Below are positions 29,962-39,730 of a stretch of 64,000 nucleotides of DNA, one piece after another (positions within the stretch are counted from its first letter, which is position 1; each line of letters opens with the position of its first letter). A program made the position numbers and the translations under genes. Source of the DNA: Obrimoposthia wandeli (lineage: Eukaryota); the NCBI GenBank assembly GCA_977020255.1, contig CDROCS010002834.1, positions 124,001 to 188,000 on the forward strand, given 5' to 3'. The notes beneath the pieces were generated by a model. The model ran no database searches. It was not told where the DNA came from and saw only the letters and a list, made by a program, of their open reading frames with translations.

Positions 29962-31218
29962 ATGGCCAGCATCAAAATCTCAGTGGAACGACTAACCGAA
30001 GGCTTATATATAAAGTTGCCACTGCAATGGGCTGATCACCCGTTTCTTCGTAATCATTTCAAAATTAAAGATAAGCAGCAAATTCGCCTGATCCAAAAAC
30101 TAGGTATTCAGTTTGTTTACCTGCTGCCAGAAAAGAGTGATAACAACCCTCTTGCCCCCGAGACAACAGCAGATAACATTTCTGAACAAGAAGAGAAATT
30201 TCTCGATAAACAAGCAGAAAAACTCTGGCAAGAAAAACAAGGGCGAATAGAACGCCTCAGAAACTACAAACGTAAAATTCAACGTTGTGAAAAGAATTTT
30301 GATCGCTCCATGTCACAGCTACGTTCCATTATGGGGAAAATTAAAAGCCGCCCATTAAATGCCATCACTGAAGCTAATTTTTTAGTTGAAAGCATGGTGG
30401 ATACTTTAATGGAAGCAGACAATGTCGCATTGCATTTAATGAATGATAAAAAAGATTCCGAAGATATCTACTTTCATTCTCTGAATGTTGCGGTACTGTC
30501 CATGCTGTTAGGCAAGTCTCACGGTATGTCTGCGGCAGAAATTAAAGTCATTGCGTTGGGCGCACTGTTTCACGACATGGGAAAGCTTAAAATCCCAACC
30601 GCGATCTTACGAAAAACAACACCATTATCAGCCCCTGAAATCAACTATTTGAAGCTGCACCCTAAATACAGTTTTGATTTAGCTAGCCTTGCTGATAACT
30701 TTCCTAAAGCCGCGATGCCTATTCTGCTTCAGCATCATGAAATGCTTGATGGTAGCGGTTATCCGAAACAGCTGAAAGCCGATGACATCGATTTATACGC
30801 TCAACTAGTCTCTGTCATTAACGCTTATGACAATCTGTGTCATCCTACGGATAAGAGCCAATCTCGCATTCCCTATAGCGCCCTATCTTATTTATTCAAA
30901 AATAAAAAATCGCAATATAACAATGATTTTTTAGCGTTATTGGTTCGGATGATGGGGGTGTATCCTCCTGGAAGTGTCGTGCAACTCTCCAACCAACAGT
31001 TAGGGTTAGTGGTTTCAGTTAACTCAGATCGCTTACTGTATCCGAATATTTTAATTTACGATCCATCGGTACCTCCTAATGAGGCGCCAATTTTAGATCT
31101 GGAAGAAAGTGAATTAAAAATCGAGCGGGCGATACCAGCTAATAAGCTCCCCGAAAAGGTGCATATTTACCTTAATCCTCGGGTACGTATTTCATATTAT
31201 TTTGACCCTAATGATTAA
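29962..31218 (+). CDS. HD-GYP domain protein with a DUF3391-like N-terminus (c-di-GMP phosphodiesterase-like, possibly degenerate)
   Basis: N-terminal WADHPFL, FHSLNVA, HDMGK, HHEMLDGSGYP, C-terminal GVYPPGSVVQL. Confidence 0.88.
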   Translation: MASIKISVERLTEGLYIKLPLQWADHPFLRNHFKIKDKQQIRLIQKLGIQFVYLLPEKSDNNPLAPETTADNISEQEEKFLDKQAEKLWQEKQGRIERLRNYKRKIQRCEKNFDRSMSQLRSIMGKIKSRPLNAITEANFLVESMVDTLMEADNVALHLMNDKKDSEDIYFHSLNVAVLSMLLGKSHGMSAAEIKVIALGALFHDMGKLKIPTAILRKTTPLSAPEINYLKLHPKYSFDLASLADNFPKAAMPILLQHHEMLDGSGYPKQLKADDIDLYAQLVSVINAYDNLCHPTDKSQSRIPYSALSYLFKNKKSQYNNDFLALLVRMMGVYPPGSVVQLSNQQLGLVVSVNSDRLLYPNILIYDPSVPPNEAPILDLEESELKIERAIPANKLPEKVHIYLNPRVRISYYFDPND

Positions 31219-31265
31219 CGATAAACTCAATGTTCTTAGACTCTATTTTCTTAGACTCAAGGCAT

Positions 31266-31298
31266 AAAAAAGCCCTTAACGCATAAGGGCTTTTATTT
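31266..31298. terminator. Bidirectional terminator between the HD-GYP gene and mrcB
   Basis: AAAAAAGCCCTTA-acgca-TAAGGGCTTTT. Confidence 0.85.
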
Positions 31299-31322
31299 CA
31301 CGCAACAACCCGTCAGTAATCA

Positions 31323-33797
31323 CTACCAAGTAAACATCTCTTTTATCCACGCTTCAGGTTGATTACCGGTGCATTGCGCTTTCAATTTCCCATCAATATC
31401 CCATGCAGGTAAAGACTGCGTACCGCTACAATTAAAGCTTAACGTACCATTAGGCTGCCTATCATATTTCACCGTTGTGATCTTACTTGGCCAATCAAGT
31501 CGTAACGCGGTGGGTTGGCGACGTTGCAAGTAATTTGCATATAAACGTAACGCACCTGCAGAACCCGTTAATCGAATCGGTTTATTATCATCACGCCCTA
31601 CCCATACTGTGACGACTTCACGTCCGTCGGCACCTGCATACCAACTATCACGCGCTTTATCGGTTGTACCTGTTTTACCCGCTAATGCAGCCCAACCAAA
31701 TTTAGACTGAAGAAAACGGGCTGTACCTTGGCTGACAACGTTCTTCATTCCATATGTTGTAAGCCAGGCAGCTTGCTCAGGCACCGCTCTAGAGGCTTTA
31801 GGGACGCTCTGATAAAGCATATTACCCTCAAGATCGACCACGGCACGTAACGCGGTCAGTTTGGACTTTCGCCCACCATTGGTAATCGTCTGGAACATCT
31901 GCGTCACTTCAAACGGTGTTAGCGTAAATGCACCCAGTAAAATTGACGGCAGTTTAGGGACTTCATTTCGATCAACCCCTAGTTGCTCCATAGTATCAAT
32001 GACTGCCCCTAAGCCGACTTGCATCCCTAAATTAACGGTCGGGACGTTAAGCGATTTTGCCAGTGCGTAATACAAGGGGACTTCTCCACGAAATTTACGG
32101 TCGTAATTTCGAGGCTTCCATTGCGTGCCTTTACTGCCTTTTAGTGCGATAGGTTTATCATCAATGGTTGTCGCCAACGTAAAGCGTTCAGGATGACGAA
32201 GCGCGGCTAAATAGACCGCAGGCTTAACTAAGGATCCTATTTGACGGCTCGCATCGAGAGCACGGTTAAAACCCGCATAACCGGGGCGGCTGCCGCCAAT
32301 CATGGCACGAATTTCACCGGTTTGACGATCAGCGGCCACTAATGCCGTCTCTACAGACACCCCAGCTTTTTTATTCAACAGAGGGATCATCTCTGCCACT
32401 GTATTTTCAGCTTCTTGTTGTGAGAGAGGGTCTAAGGTACTAAAAATACGTAAACCAGTACCAGGGGTGAATTTATCACCCACTTTCTGTTTTAGTTCAC
32501 GTTGTAGTTGCTGGAAATAAGCAGGCTGACGGGTCGCAATCATTGGCTTCGACTGCACATCTAATGCACGAGATGCCGCTTGCTCGTATTGTTCACCACT
32601 TAAGATCCCGTTATCCATCATTAACCGAAGCACTAGATCACGACGTTGACGTGCCCGTTCAGGGTTACGCCATGGATTATAATAAGACGGTCCTTTTACT
32701 GTGCCCACCAGCATCGCTAACTGATCAATCCGTAATTCTTGAATAGGACGCCCAAAATACAAACGAGCCCCTAGCGCAAAACCATGGACCTCTTTCGCCC
32801 CATTTTGCCCCAAATAGATCTCGTTCAAATAGGCTTCCAAAATTTGATCTTTGCTATAACGATAATCAATGATCATTGCTATATATGCTTCACGCACTTT
32901 ACGCCACAGGCTTCTTTCGCGGCTTAAAAATAAATTCTTCGCTAACTGCTGAGTTAACGTACTACCACCTTGTACTGTGCGCCCTGCTTTTATGTTCGCA
33001 AATAAAGCCCGTGCAATCGCCAAGGGTGAAACACCATCATGATGGTAGAAATCACGATCTTCAGTCACCAACAGCGCATCAACCAATACTTCTGGAAACT
33101 GCTCTCTAGGCAAGAACATACGCTGCTCTGCTGTGGTTGAACCTAGCATTCCCAACATTTTCGGCTCTAATCGTACATAACCCAGCGGCTTTTTGGTGCC
33201 AACTTGTTCTATGGTTTTTAATCCACTTTTATCAAACGTCAACATGACATGACGCTGGTTTTCTGGTCCCGTTTCAAAGTCAAATGCGCGACGGAAAAAC
33301 TCAATCCGAGTCGAAGATGATGAATACTCCCCCACCCGTTGAGGGCTCCGCACTTTGTGGTATTGCAACAAATCCAGTTCACGGCGAACTTCTTGTAAAC
33401 TGATCGGCTGTCCAGGCTGCAGGGTTAATACACGCCCGTAAACCACGGCAGGCAAATTCCAGATCTGACCATCCATTCTATCTCGCACAACGGTATCGAG
33501 ATAAATACCGATCACTAACAACACTGCACATACCACTAAACTGATCTTGAAACCAAATAGCATCAACCAACGTAACCAACCAGATTGTTGAGGCTTTTTC
33601 TTTTGGGTGTTTTTTTTACGTGTACCCGTTGATTTTCTAGGTGTTTTTTTAGCGGGTGCTTTTTTTACTGCCGTTTTTGTCGGGGATTTACGGCGAGGCG
33701 TTGCAGGCTTTTTAGGATCAAGCTTTTTATTTCCGGTAGCGTGCAACTTTGCTTGCTTACGTTCTGGAGCCAATGGGCTGTCAGACAAGATCGTCAT
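31323..33797 (-). CDS. mrcB: Penicillin-binding protein 1B
   Basis: Transglycosylase EDRDFY and GGSTLTQQLAKN; transpeptidase SLVK, SLN, KTG; UB2H region. Confidence 0.96.
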   Translation of the reverse strand: MTILSDSPLAPERKQAKLHATGNKKLDPKKPATPRRKSPTKTAVKKAPAKKTPRKSTGTRKKNTQKKKPQQSGWLRWLMLFGFKISLVVCAVLLVIGIYLDTVVRDRMDGQIWNLPAVVYGRVLTLQPGQPISLQEVRRELDLLQYHKVRSPQRVGEYSSSSTRIEFFRRAFDFETGPENQRHVMLTFDKSGLKTIEQVGTKKPLGYVRLEPKMLGMLGSTTAEQRMFLPREQFPEVLVDALLVTEDRDFYHHDGVSPLAIARALFANIKAGRTVQGGSTLTQQLAKNLFLSRERSLWRKVREAYIAMIIDYRYSKDQILEAYLNEIYLGQNGAKEVHGFALGARLYFGRPIQELRIDQLAMLVGTVKGPSYYNPWRNPERARQRRDLVLRLMMDNGILSGEQYEQAASRALDVQSKPMIATRQPAYFQQLQRELKQKVGDKFTPGTGLRIFSTLDPLSQQEAENTVAEMIPLLNKKAGVSVETALVAADRQTGEIRAMIGGSRPGYAGFNRALDASRQIGSLVKPAVYLAALRHPERFTLATTIDDKPIALKGSKGTQWKPRNYDRKFRGEVPLYYALAKSLNVPTVNLGMQVGLGAVIDTMEQLGVDRNEVPKLPSILLGAFTLTPFEVTQMFQTITNGGRKSKLTALRAVVDLEGNMLYQSVPKASRAVPEQAAWLTTYGMKNVVSQGTARFLQSKFGWAALAGKTGTTDKARDSWYAGADGREVVTVWVGRDDNKPIRLTGSAGALRLYANYLQRRQPTALRLDWPSKITTVKYDRQPNGTLSFNCSGTQSLPAWDIDGKLKAQCTGNQPEAWIKEMFTW

Positions 33798-33942
33798 AAT
33801 GCTTCAACTATGGTGGTTCCCAAAATCATTGATCTTTTATGCTGCATAACGGTAAGCGTTTTTGGCAGCATAAAAGAACATGCTCAAATTCTTTTTATTT
33901 AAATATTCGATGGTTAATTCATTACAGAGGTCAAACCAATCG

Positions 33943-36528
33943 TTACATATATTTTTTCGTTCTGCGGGTGGGTAAATGATTAGCCGGATCATCAGGCCAA
34001 ACATGTTTCGGGTATCGCCCTTTCATTTCTTTTTGCACATCACGATAAGAACCCTGCCAAAATGCGGCTAAATCTTGTGTGATCTGTAACGGGCGTTGGG
34101 CGGGAGATAAGAGCTCCAACACTAACGGCACGCGTCCATTGGCTATCTGAGGCGATGTTTTCTCACCAAACATCTCTTGCATCCGTACCGCTAACGCAGG
34201 TTTATGCCCAACTTGATAGCGAATAGGATAACGTGATCCCGTAGGAACTTGAAAATGTGTGGGGAGTACCGCATCCAACGTTTTCGCTTGTTGCCACCCT
34301 AACCGTGCCTCAAGGGCGGCTTTTAAATCGAGCCGCGCTATCGATTTAAGCGTGGTCATGCCGGTCATAAAAGGTAATAGCCATTGATCTGCTTCTGCTA
34401 ATAAAGCCTCATCGTCCATGGCTGGCAAACGCAGCTCAGGTAACCATTCATGTGCACAACGCGCGCGCGTCAACAAGTTAGCCGTTTTCTCATTCCAAGG
34501 TAAAACAGATAATCCTTTGCGCATAATGGCATTTACTAGTGCTTCGCTCGCTTTAGCGGGATCGGGTGCGCCCATCACGCTGCGCTGTAGAATTAGCTTA
34601 CCGCAACACAAATGTTTTTCTGCGGTTAAGCGCCCTTTTTTATCATCCCAATCAAGCCATTCTCGCTCTGAGAATAAAGAAGGTAATAGTTCTTGTAAGC
34701 GATTACTATCGGTTGCAACACATGAAAATACGCGACTATCACCTTGTCGAGTCTTAACAACATCAGCAACCACTAGCATGGATTCATTTGCCATCGGCTC
34801 ATCGGCTGGCAGCATTACCCCTTGCCCATTCGACAATTGATAGCGCCCATCGGTGCCCCGCGATAAAGCAATACGATCGGGATAACCTGCCGCCATTATC
34901 GGGGCTATCCATTCAGCAGAAACCGACAATGATGACGAAGCGGATTGGTGTGGTTTATTAAGGTGTGATTTATCAAGGCATCTATTGGTAACAGATTTTT
35001 TTTCAATGGACTGATTGGTAAGTAATTGTTTTGAAAGGTGTTGTTTGGCACGCAATTGATATTGGCGAGCACGGGGTAATTTACCGCTTTCCAGCAAATT
35101 GAGCTGAAAATGCAAATCAGGGCTGTTCATGCCACGCGGTGGGTCTTCCAGTAATGCCACCAGCATTGCAGCCGTTGTCATCGCCGAGGAACTGCCCGCC
35201 GTATGATTGGCATCAAACTGCTGCGCCGTAATCAACATAACAGCATGACGAGGATCGGTCCCCATTGTCTGCGTTTGTTTACCCACGTCAGTTAACTGAA
35301 AACACTCATCCATAATGCCAAGTTGCTGCAGTAAGCGTCGTGATTGCAGTAAGGCCGGCTGTGGTGGCACGTCAGACCAACGTAATTCGCTGGCATCATT
35401 ACAGCCCCATTGGGCTAATTCCATTGCCAAAGAAGTAAGATCGGCACGTAATATTTCAGGCTGAGGTGTCATAGGTTGACGAGAAAGCTGTTCTTCACTG
35501 TATAAACGTACGCAAATACCCGGCTCTAAACGCCCTGCACGCCCCGCTCTCTGCTCGGCTGATGACTGGGCTATCCGCACTTGCTCTAACCGACTGATAC
35601 CTGTTTTAGGATCCCACAGTGCAATACGCTCTAAACCACAATCAACCACCAATCGAATGCCTTCTATGGTTAGACTCGTTTCGGCAATATTAGTCGCCAA
35701 CACCACTTTTCGTTGGCCTTTCGGTGCTGGCATAATCGCTTGTTGTTGCTGCGCATTACTGAGCTGACCAAACAGTGGGCTGATTAACACATTGTCTGCA
35801 ACGTGTTCTGTCAGCATGTCGGCTAAACGCTTTATTTCTCCTGCTCCCGGTAAGAAAATCAATATCGAGCCTGATTCTACAGCCAATAGCTGGAGTGTTT
35901 CCCGACAACACCGCTCTAATAGTTGATAGTGGTCACTTACCGACTTATAACGGTATTCAACAGGAAAACACCGTCCATCCGATTCAATATAACCAGCATC
36001 AGGCAATAAACCTTTAAGCGCATCGGCATCTAACGTTGCCGACATCACTAACAATTTCAAATCATCACGTAAGGCTTCTTGTACTTCCAAAGCGAGTGCT
36101 AACGCTGTATCAGCATGAATACTACGCTCATGAAATTCATCAAATATTAGTAAATCGATACCTTTCAATTCAGGATCTTGCTGCAGCATTCGCGTCATAA
36201 CCCCTTCGGTCACAATCTCTAACTGCGTCGCTTTGCTTACCTTACTTTCACCACGAACTCGCAACCCAACCGTTTCACCCACACGCTCACCCAACTGCTT
36301 CGAGAGGTAATTCGCGATATTTCTCGCCGCTAAACGACGAGGTTCAAGCATGATGATCCGCCCAAAGCGAGCGCCACCTCGTATCGCCTTTGAACGAGAC
36401 GCTAATAACTCAAGGGGGAGACGGGTTGATTTACCAGCCCCAGGGGGTGCTTTTAGGATCAGTTGAGGACTGCTCGCTAATGTCGTCAGTAAATCAGGTA
36501 AAATAGTATCGATAGGCAAGTGCGACAA
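33943..36528 (-). CDS. hrpB: ATP-dependent RNA helicase HrpB
   Basis: APPGAGKST, DEFHER, MSAT, QRAGRAGR, C-terminal KGRYPKHVWP. Confidence 0.96.
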   Translation of the reverse strand: MSHLPIDTILPDLLTTLASSPQLILKAPPGAGKSTRLPLELLASRSKAIRGGARFGRIIMLEPRRLAARNIANYLSKQLGERVGETVGLRVRGESKVSKATQLEIVTEGVMTRMLQQDPELKGIDLLIFDEFHERSIHADTALALALEVQEALRDDLKLLVMSATLDADALKGLLPDAGYIESDGRCFPVEYRYKSVSDHYQLLERCCRETLQLLAVESGSILIFLPGAGEIKRLADMLTEHVADNVLISPLFGQLSNAQQQQAIMPAPKGQRKVVLATNIAETSLTIEGIRLVVDCGLERIALWDPKTGISRLEQVRIAQSSAEQRAGRAGRLEPGICVRLYSEEQLSRQPMTPQPEILRADLTSLAMELAQWGCNDASELRWSDVPPQPALLQSRRLLQQLGIMDECFQLTDVGKQTQTMGTDPRHAVMLITAQQFDANHTAGSSSAMTTAAMLVALLEDPPRGMNSPDLHFQLNLLESGKLPRARQYQLRAKQHLSKQLLTNQSIEKKSVTNRCLDKSHLNKPHQSASSSLSVSAEWIAPIMAAGYPDRIALSRGTDGRYQLSNGQGVMLPADEPMANESMLVVADVVKTRQGDSRVFSCVATDSNRLQELLPSLFSEREWLDWDDKKGRLTAEKHLCCGKLILQRSVMGAPDPAKASEALVNAIMRKGLSVLPWNEKTANLLTRARCAHEWLPELRLPAMDDEALLAEADQWLLPFMTGMTTLKSIARLDLKAALEARLGWQQAKTLDAVLPTHFQVPTGSRYPIRYQVGHKPALAVRMQEMFGEKTSPQIANGRVPLVLELLSPAQRPLQITQDLAAFWQGSYRDVQKEMKGRYPKHVWPDDPANHLPTRRTKKYM

Positions 36529-36591
36529 GATGAAAACCTTATGTCATGATCTAATAAGAGCAGGCAACATTGTACAAGAAAGTGAGGTCAA

Positions 36592-37245
36592 ATGAGTGAC
36601 ATTACAGAAAGGCTCTTTTTCGCATTGGGGTTGCCCCCTAAAACGAATGAAAAAAATGACGGTAATCTAAAACCCTATCAGCAACTATGCCAACTTAAAA
36701 ACACGGTTGCCGCAGAAATGCAGGGGAAACCCGTTGTTAATAATAATTTACACATTACCTTGGCATTTCTTGGCGCAGTCAATCAGCAGCAGAAACAGCG
36801 ATTAATCACCAATGTGAATCAAATTATTGCGCCTCAAGCATTTTCAGTATCATGCTCAGGATTGCACTATTGGTCACGCAGTCAAGTGGTTTGGCTTGAT
36901 TGCCATGCCTACCAGCCTGTCTACCAGCAACCTCATCAGCAGCCATCAACGGCACTCCAGACGCTGGTCTGTTTACTTCAACAAGCCGCTATCCACTCAA
37001 TGAGCGATAATGTTCGTATTTCTACCAACAACCAAGCACCGACATCGGGTTATATACCCCATATCACACTCTGTAAAAAGGTAACGTCACGCCCACACTT
37101 ACCATCGTTATCTCAACAATTAGACTTTCACTTTCAACATTTTGGTCTGTATATTTCAGAGACTATCAAAACAGCTCATGGTAGCGACCTTCAATACCGT
37201 TGCCTGCAACAATGGGCGTTAGCAGCTGCTCATATTAACAACTGA
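36592..37245 (+). CDS. thpR: RNA 2',3'-cyclic phosphodiesterase (2H family)
   Basis: RLFFAL and two HITL motifs; hrpB-thpR-sfsA order. Confidence 0.88.
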   Translation: MSDITERLFFALGLPPKTNEKNDGNLKPYQQLCQLKNTVAAEMQGKPVVNNNLHITLAFLGAVNQQQKQRLITNVNQIIAPQAFSVSCSGLHYWSRSQVVWLDCHAYQPVYQQPHQQPSTALQTLVCLLQQAAIHSMSDNVRISTNNQAPTSGYIPHITLCKKVTSRPHLPSLSQQLDFHFQHFGLYISETIKTAHGSDLQYRCLQQWALAAAHINN

Positions 37246-37284
37246 ACATGTTAACAACCCAATACCGCCTAGGAACCCATACCC

Positions 37285-37989
37285 ATGAAGTTTGATCCCC
37301 CTCTTCAATCAGCTACGTTAATAAAACGCTATAAACGCTTCCTTACTGATATCGAATTACCCGATGGCGAAATACGCACTATTCACTGTGCCAATACCGG
37401 TGCGATGACTGGCTGTGCAGAACCCGGTAATACTGTTTGGTTCTCAACATCAGAAAATAAAAAACGTAAATATCCTAATAGCTGGGAGCTCGCTGAAACC
37501 GCGAATGGGCATTGGATCTGTGTGAATACAGCACAAGCTAACCGACTGGTTGTAGAGGCAATTAACGCTGATACCATCACAGAATTACAAGGCTATTCGT
37601 CACTGAGAACCGAAGTTAAGTATGGTAGTGAAAACAGCAGGATAGATATTCTGTTAGAAGATAAAAATAAACCTGTCTGCTATATTGAGGTGAAAAGCGT
37701 AACATTATTGGATAATGGTCAAGGTTTTTTCCCCGATGCGGTAACCACGCGAGGGCAAAAACACTTAAGGGAATTGATCGAAGTGGCTCAAAATGGTCAC
37801 AGATCAGTACTTTTTTTCGCTATTTTGCATTCAGGCATTGAAAATGTGTCTGCGGCACACCACATAGACCCAGACTATTATCGTTTAATTAAACAAGCAG
37901 AACAGGCTGGCGTTGAAATCATCTGTTATAAAGCGATTTTAAATAAAGATGAAATCAAATTAAGCCACTGTATGAATTTCAACCAATAA
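37285..37989 (+). CDS. sfsA: Sugar fermentation stimulation protein A
   Basis: [41 protein letters not shown]. Confidence 0.96.
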   Translation: MKFDPPLQSATLIKRYKRFLTDIELPDGEIRTIHCANTGAMTGCAEPGNTVWFSTSENKKRKYPNSWELAETANGHWICVNTAQANRLVVEAINADTITELQGYSSLRTEVKYGSENSRIDILLEDKNKPVCYIEVKSVTLLDNGQGFFPDAVTTRGQKHLRELIEVAQNGHRSVLFFAILHSGIENVSAAHHIDPDYYRLIKQAEQAGVEIICYKAILNKDEIKLSHCMNFNQ

Positions 37990-38125
37990 TGCTTAAAAAG
38001 TGATGCTTTCTTCACATTGGTATAAAATTGAATACATACAGTAATTGCTACAAATACGCCTTTCTGCTATAGATAGCGCCCAAAATTAACCAGTGACGGT
38101 TATTAGGTATATTAGGAGATGCTAT

Positions 38126-38575
38126 ATGCCAGAGATCAAGCTTAAAAAATCACTTGGCATCCTGGCTATTGCTGGGTTAGAGCCATACCAAGAAAAAGTC
38201 GGCGAAGAATACATGGGAGAGAAGCAACTTGCACACTTCCATCAAATTCTCGACGCATGGCGTAACCAGCTTCGTGAAGAAGTTGATCGTACTGTAAACC
38301 ATATGCAGGACGAAGCAGCCAACTTCCCGGATCCAGTAGACCGCGCAGCTCAAGAAGAAGAGTTCAGCTTGGAACTACGTAATCGTGACCGTGAACGTAA
38401 GCTGATTAAAAAAATTGAAAAGACACTTCAACGTATTGAAGATGATGATTTCGGTTTCTGTGATTCCTGTGGCGTTGAGATCGGTATCCGCCGTCTTGAA
38501 GCACGCCCAACTGCCGATCTATGTATTGACTGTAAAACACTTGCAGAAATTAAAGAAAAGCAGATGGCAGGCTAA
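38126..38575 (+). CDS. dksA: RNA polymerase-binding transcription factor DksA
   Basis: NFPDPVDRA (DxxDxA), CDSC...CIDC zinc finger; start at ATG 38126. Confidence 0.98.
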   Translation: MPEIKLKKSLGILAIAGLEPYQEKVGEEYMGEKQLAHFHQILDAWRNQLREEVDRTVNHMQDEAANFPDPVDRAAQEEEFSLELRNRDRERKLIKKIEKTLQRIEDDDFGFCDSCGVEIGIRRLEARPTADLCIDCKTLAEIKEKQMAG

Positions 38576-38607
38576 TACCCAAAAAGGTATTGAGCAGCAA
38601 CTGATTG

Positions 38608-38638
38608 AAAGAGGGAGCAGATGCTCCCTCTTTTCTTT
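38608..38638 (+). terminator. Terminator after dksA
   Basis: AAAGAGGGAGCA-ga-TGCTCCCTCTTTT. Confidence 0.8.
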
Positions 38639-38742
38639 ACGATCATTTTATAACGTACATCAATCATATTAAGAAATTGAAAGCATTTACTTAATATAAT
38701 TGGGACTTTTTAGCCGACCACTATCTCTGTTTTAATGTGTTT

Positions 38743-39633
38743 ATGACCACAGATACTCTCTATGTTGGACGTTTCGCCCCTTCCCCTTCAGGTCCACTTC
38801 ATTTTGGCTCGCTGATTGCAGCTTTAGGCAGCTACCTACAAGCGCGTTCACAACAAGGAAAATGGCTTGTTCGTATCGAAGATCTTGACCCTCCACGCGA
38901 AATAGCGGGGGCGGCTGATGATATTCTACGTACATTAGAGGCATACGGGTTAACATGGGATGGCAGTGTAATGTATCAAAGCCAACGTCATGCAGCTTAC
39001 CAAGATCAAATAGATCGCTGGTTACATGATGGTAATGCGTATTACTGCCAATGTACTCGAAAACAAATTAAAACAGCGGGTGGCTTTTACCCCGGAACTT
39101 GCCGCCATCTTCATCGCTCAGCAGAAAATAGTGCCGTTCGACTTAACGTTGACACTCCCATTACATATTTTGTTGATAGATTGCATGGCCGAATAGACAT
39201 TCCGACAACATTGGCACAAGAAGATTTCATCATTCACCGTCGCGATCGGCTGTATGCCTATAACCTCGCCGTAGTACTTGATGACATTGAGCAAAACATA
39301 ACAGAGATTGTTCGTGGTGCAGATCTCATTGAACCAACAGGGCGGCAGATAGGCCTATATCGCCAATTACAACACCCTGAAGTGAGTTATTTGCATTTAC
39401 CATTAGCAGTCACCGATAACGGAAATAAGTTATCAAAACAAAACCATGCGCCAGCAATTGATAAAAGTCACCCTGTTCCAGCGCTGATTGCAGCAATGTC
39501 TTTTCTTGGTATGACACCACCAGCAACACTTATCAAAGAAGAGCTCAGCGACGTTTTACAGTGGGGAATTCATGCTTGGTGTATCGATAATCTGCCAAAA
39601 ACGACAGAAATAATCCTAACCAAGCCACATTAA
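38743..39633 (+). CDS. gluQ: Glutamyl-Q tRNA(Asp) synthetase
   Basis: GRFAPSPSGPLHFGS, RIEDLD, KLSKQN; lacks an anticodon-binding domain. Confidence 0.95.
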   Translation: MTTDTLYVGRFAPSPSGPLHFGSLIAALGSYLQARSQQGKWLVRIEDLDPPREIAGAADDILRTLEAYGLTWDGSVMYQSQRHAAYQDQIDRWLHDGNAYYCQCTRKQIKTAGGFYPGTCRHLHRSAENSAVRLNVDTPITYFVDRLHGRIDIPTTLAQEDFIIHRRDRLYAYNLAVVLDDIEQNITEIVRGADLIEPTGRQIGLYRQLQHPEVSYLHLPLAVTDNGNKLSKQNHAPAIDKSHPVPALIAAMSFLGMTPPATLIKEELSDVLQWGIHAWCIDNLPKTTEIILTKPH

Positions 39634-39730
39634 AATCAGGGTAAATGAGCACTGCCATTCTAAAATGGCTTGCTGTGATATATCATATGCGGCTGTTTGT
39701 TGAACCAGATGCACGAATACGAGGTGTATT

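Noticed and set aside
31233-31258. 11-bp direct repeat TTCTTAGACTC x2
   Set aside because: Only two copies next to a terminator, with no function inferable.
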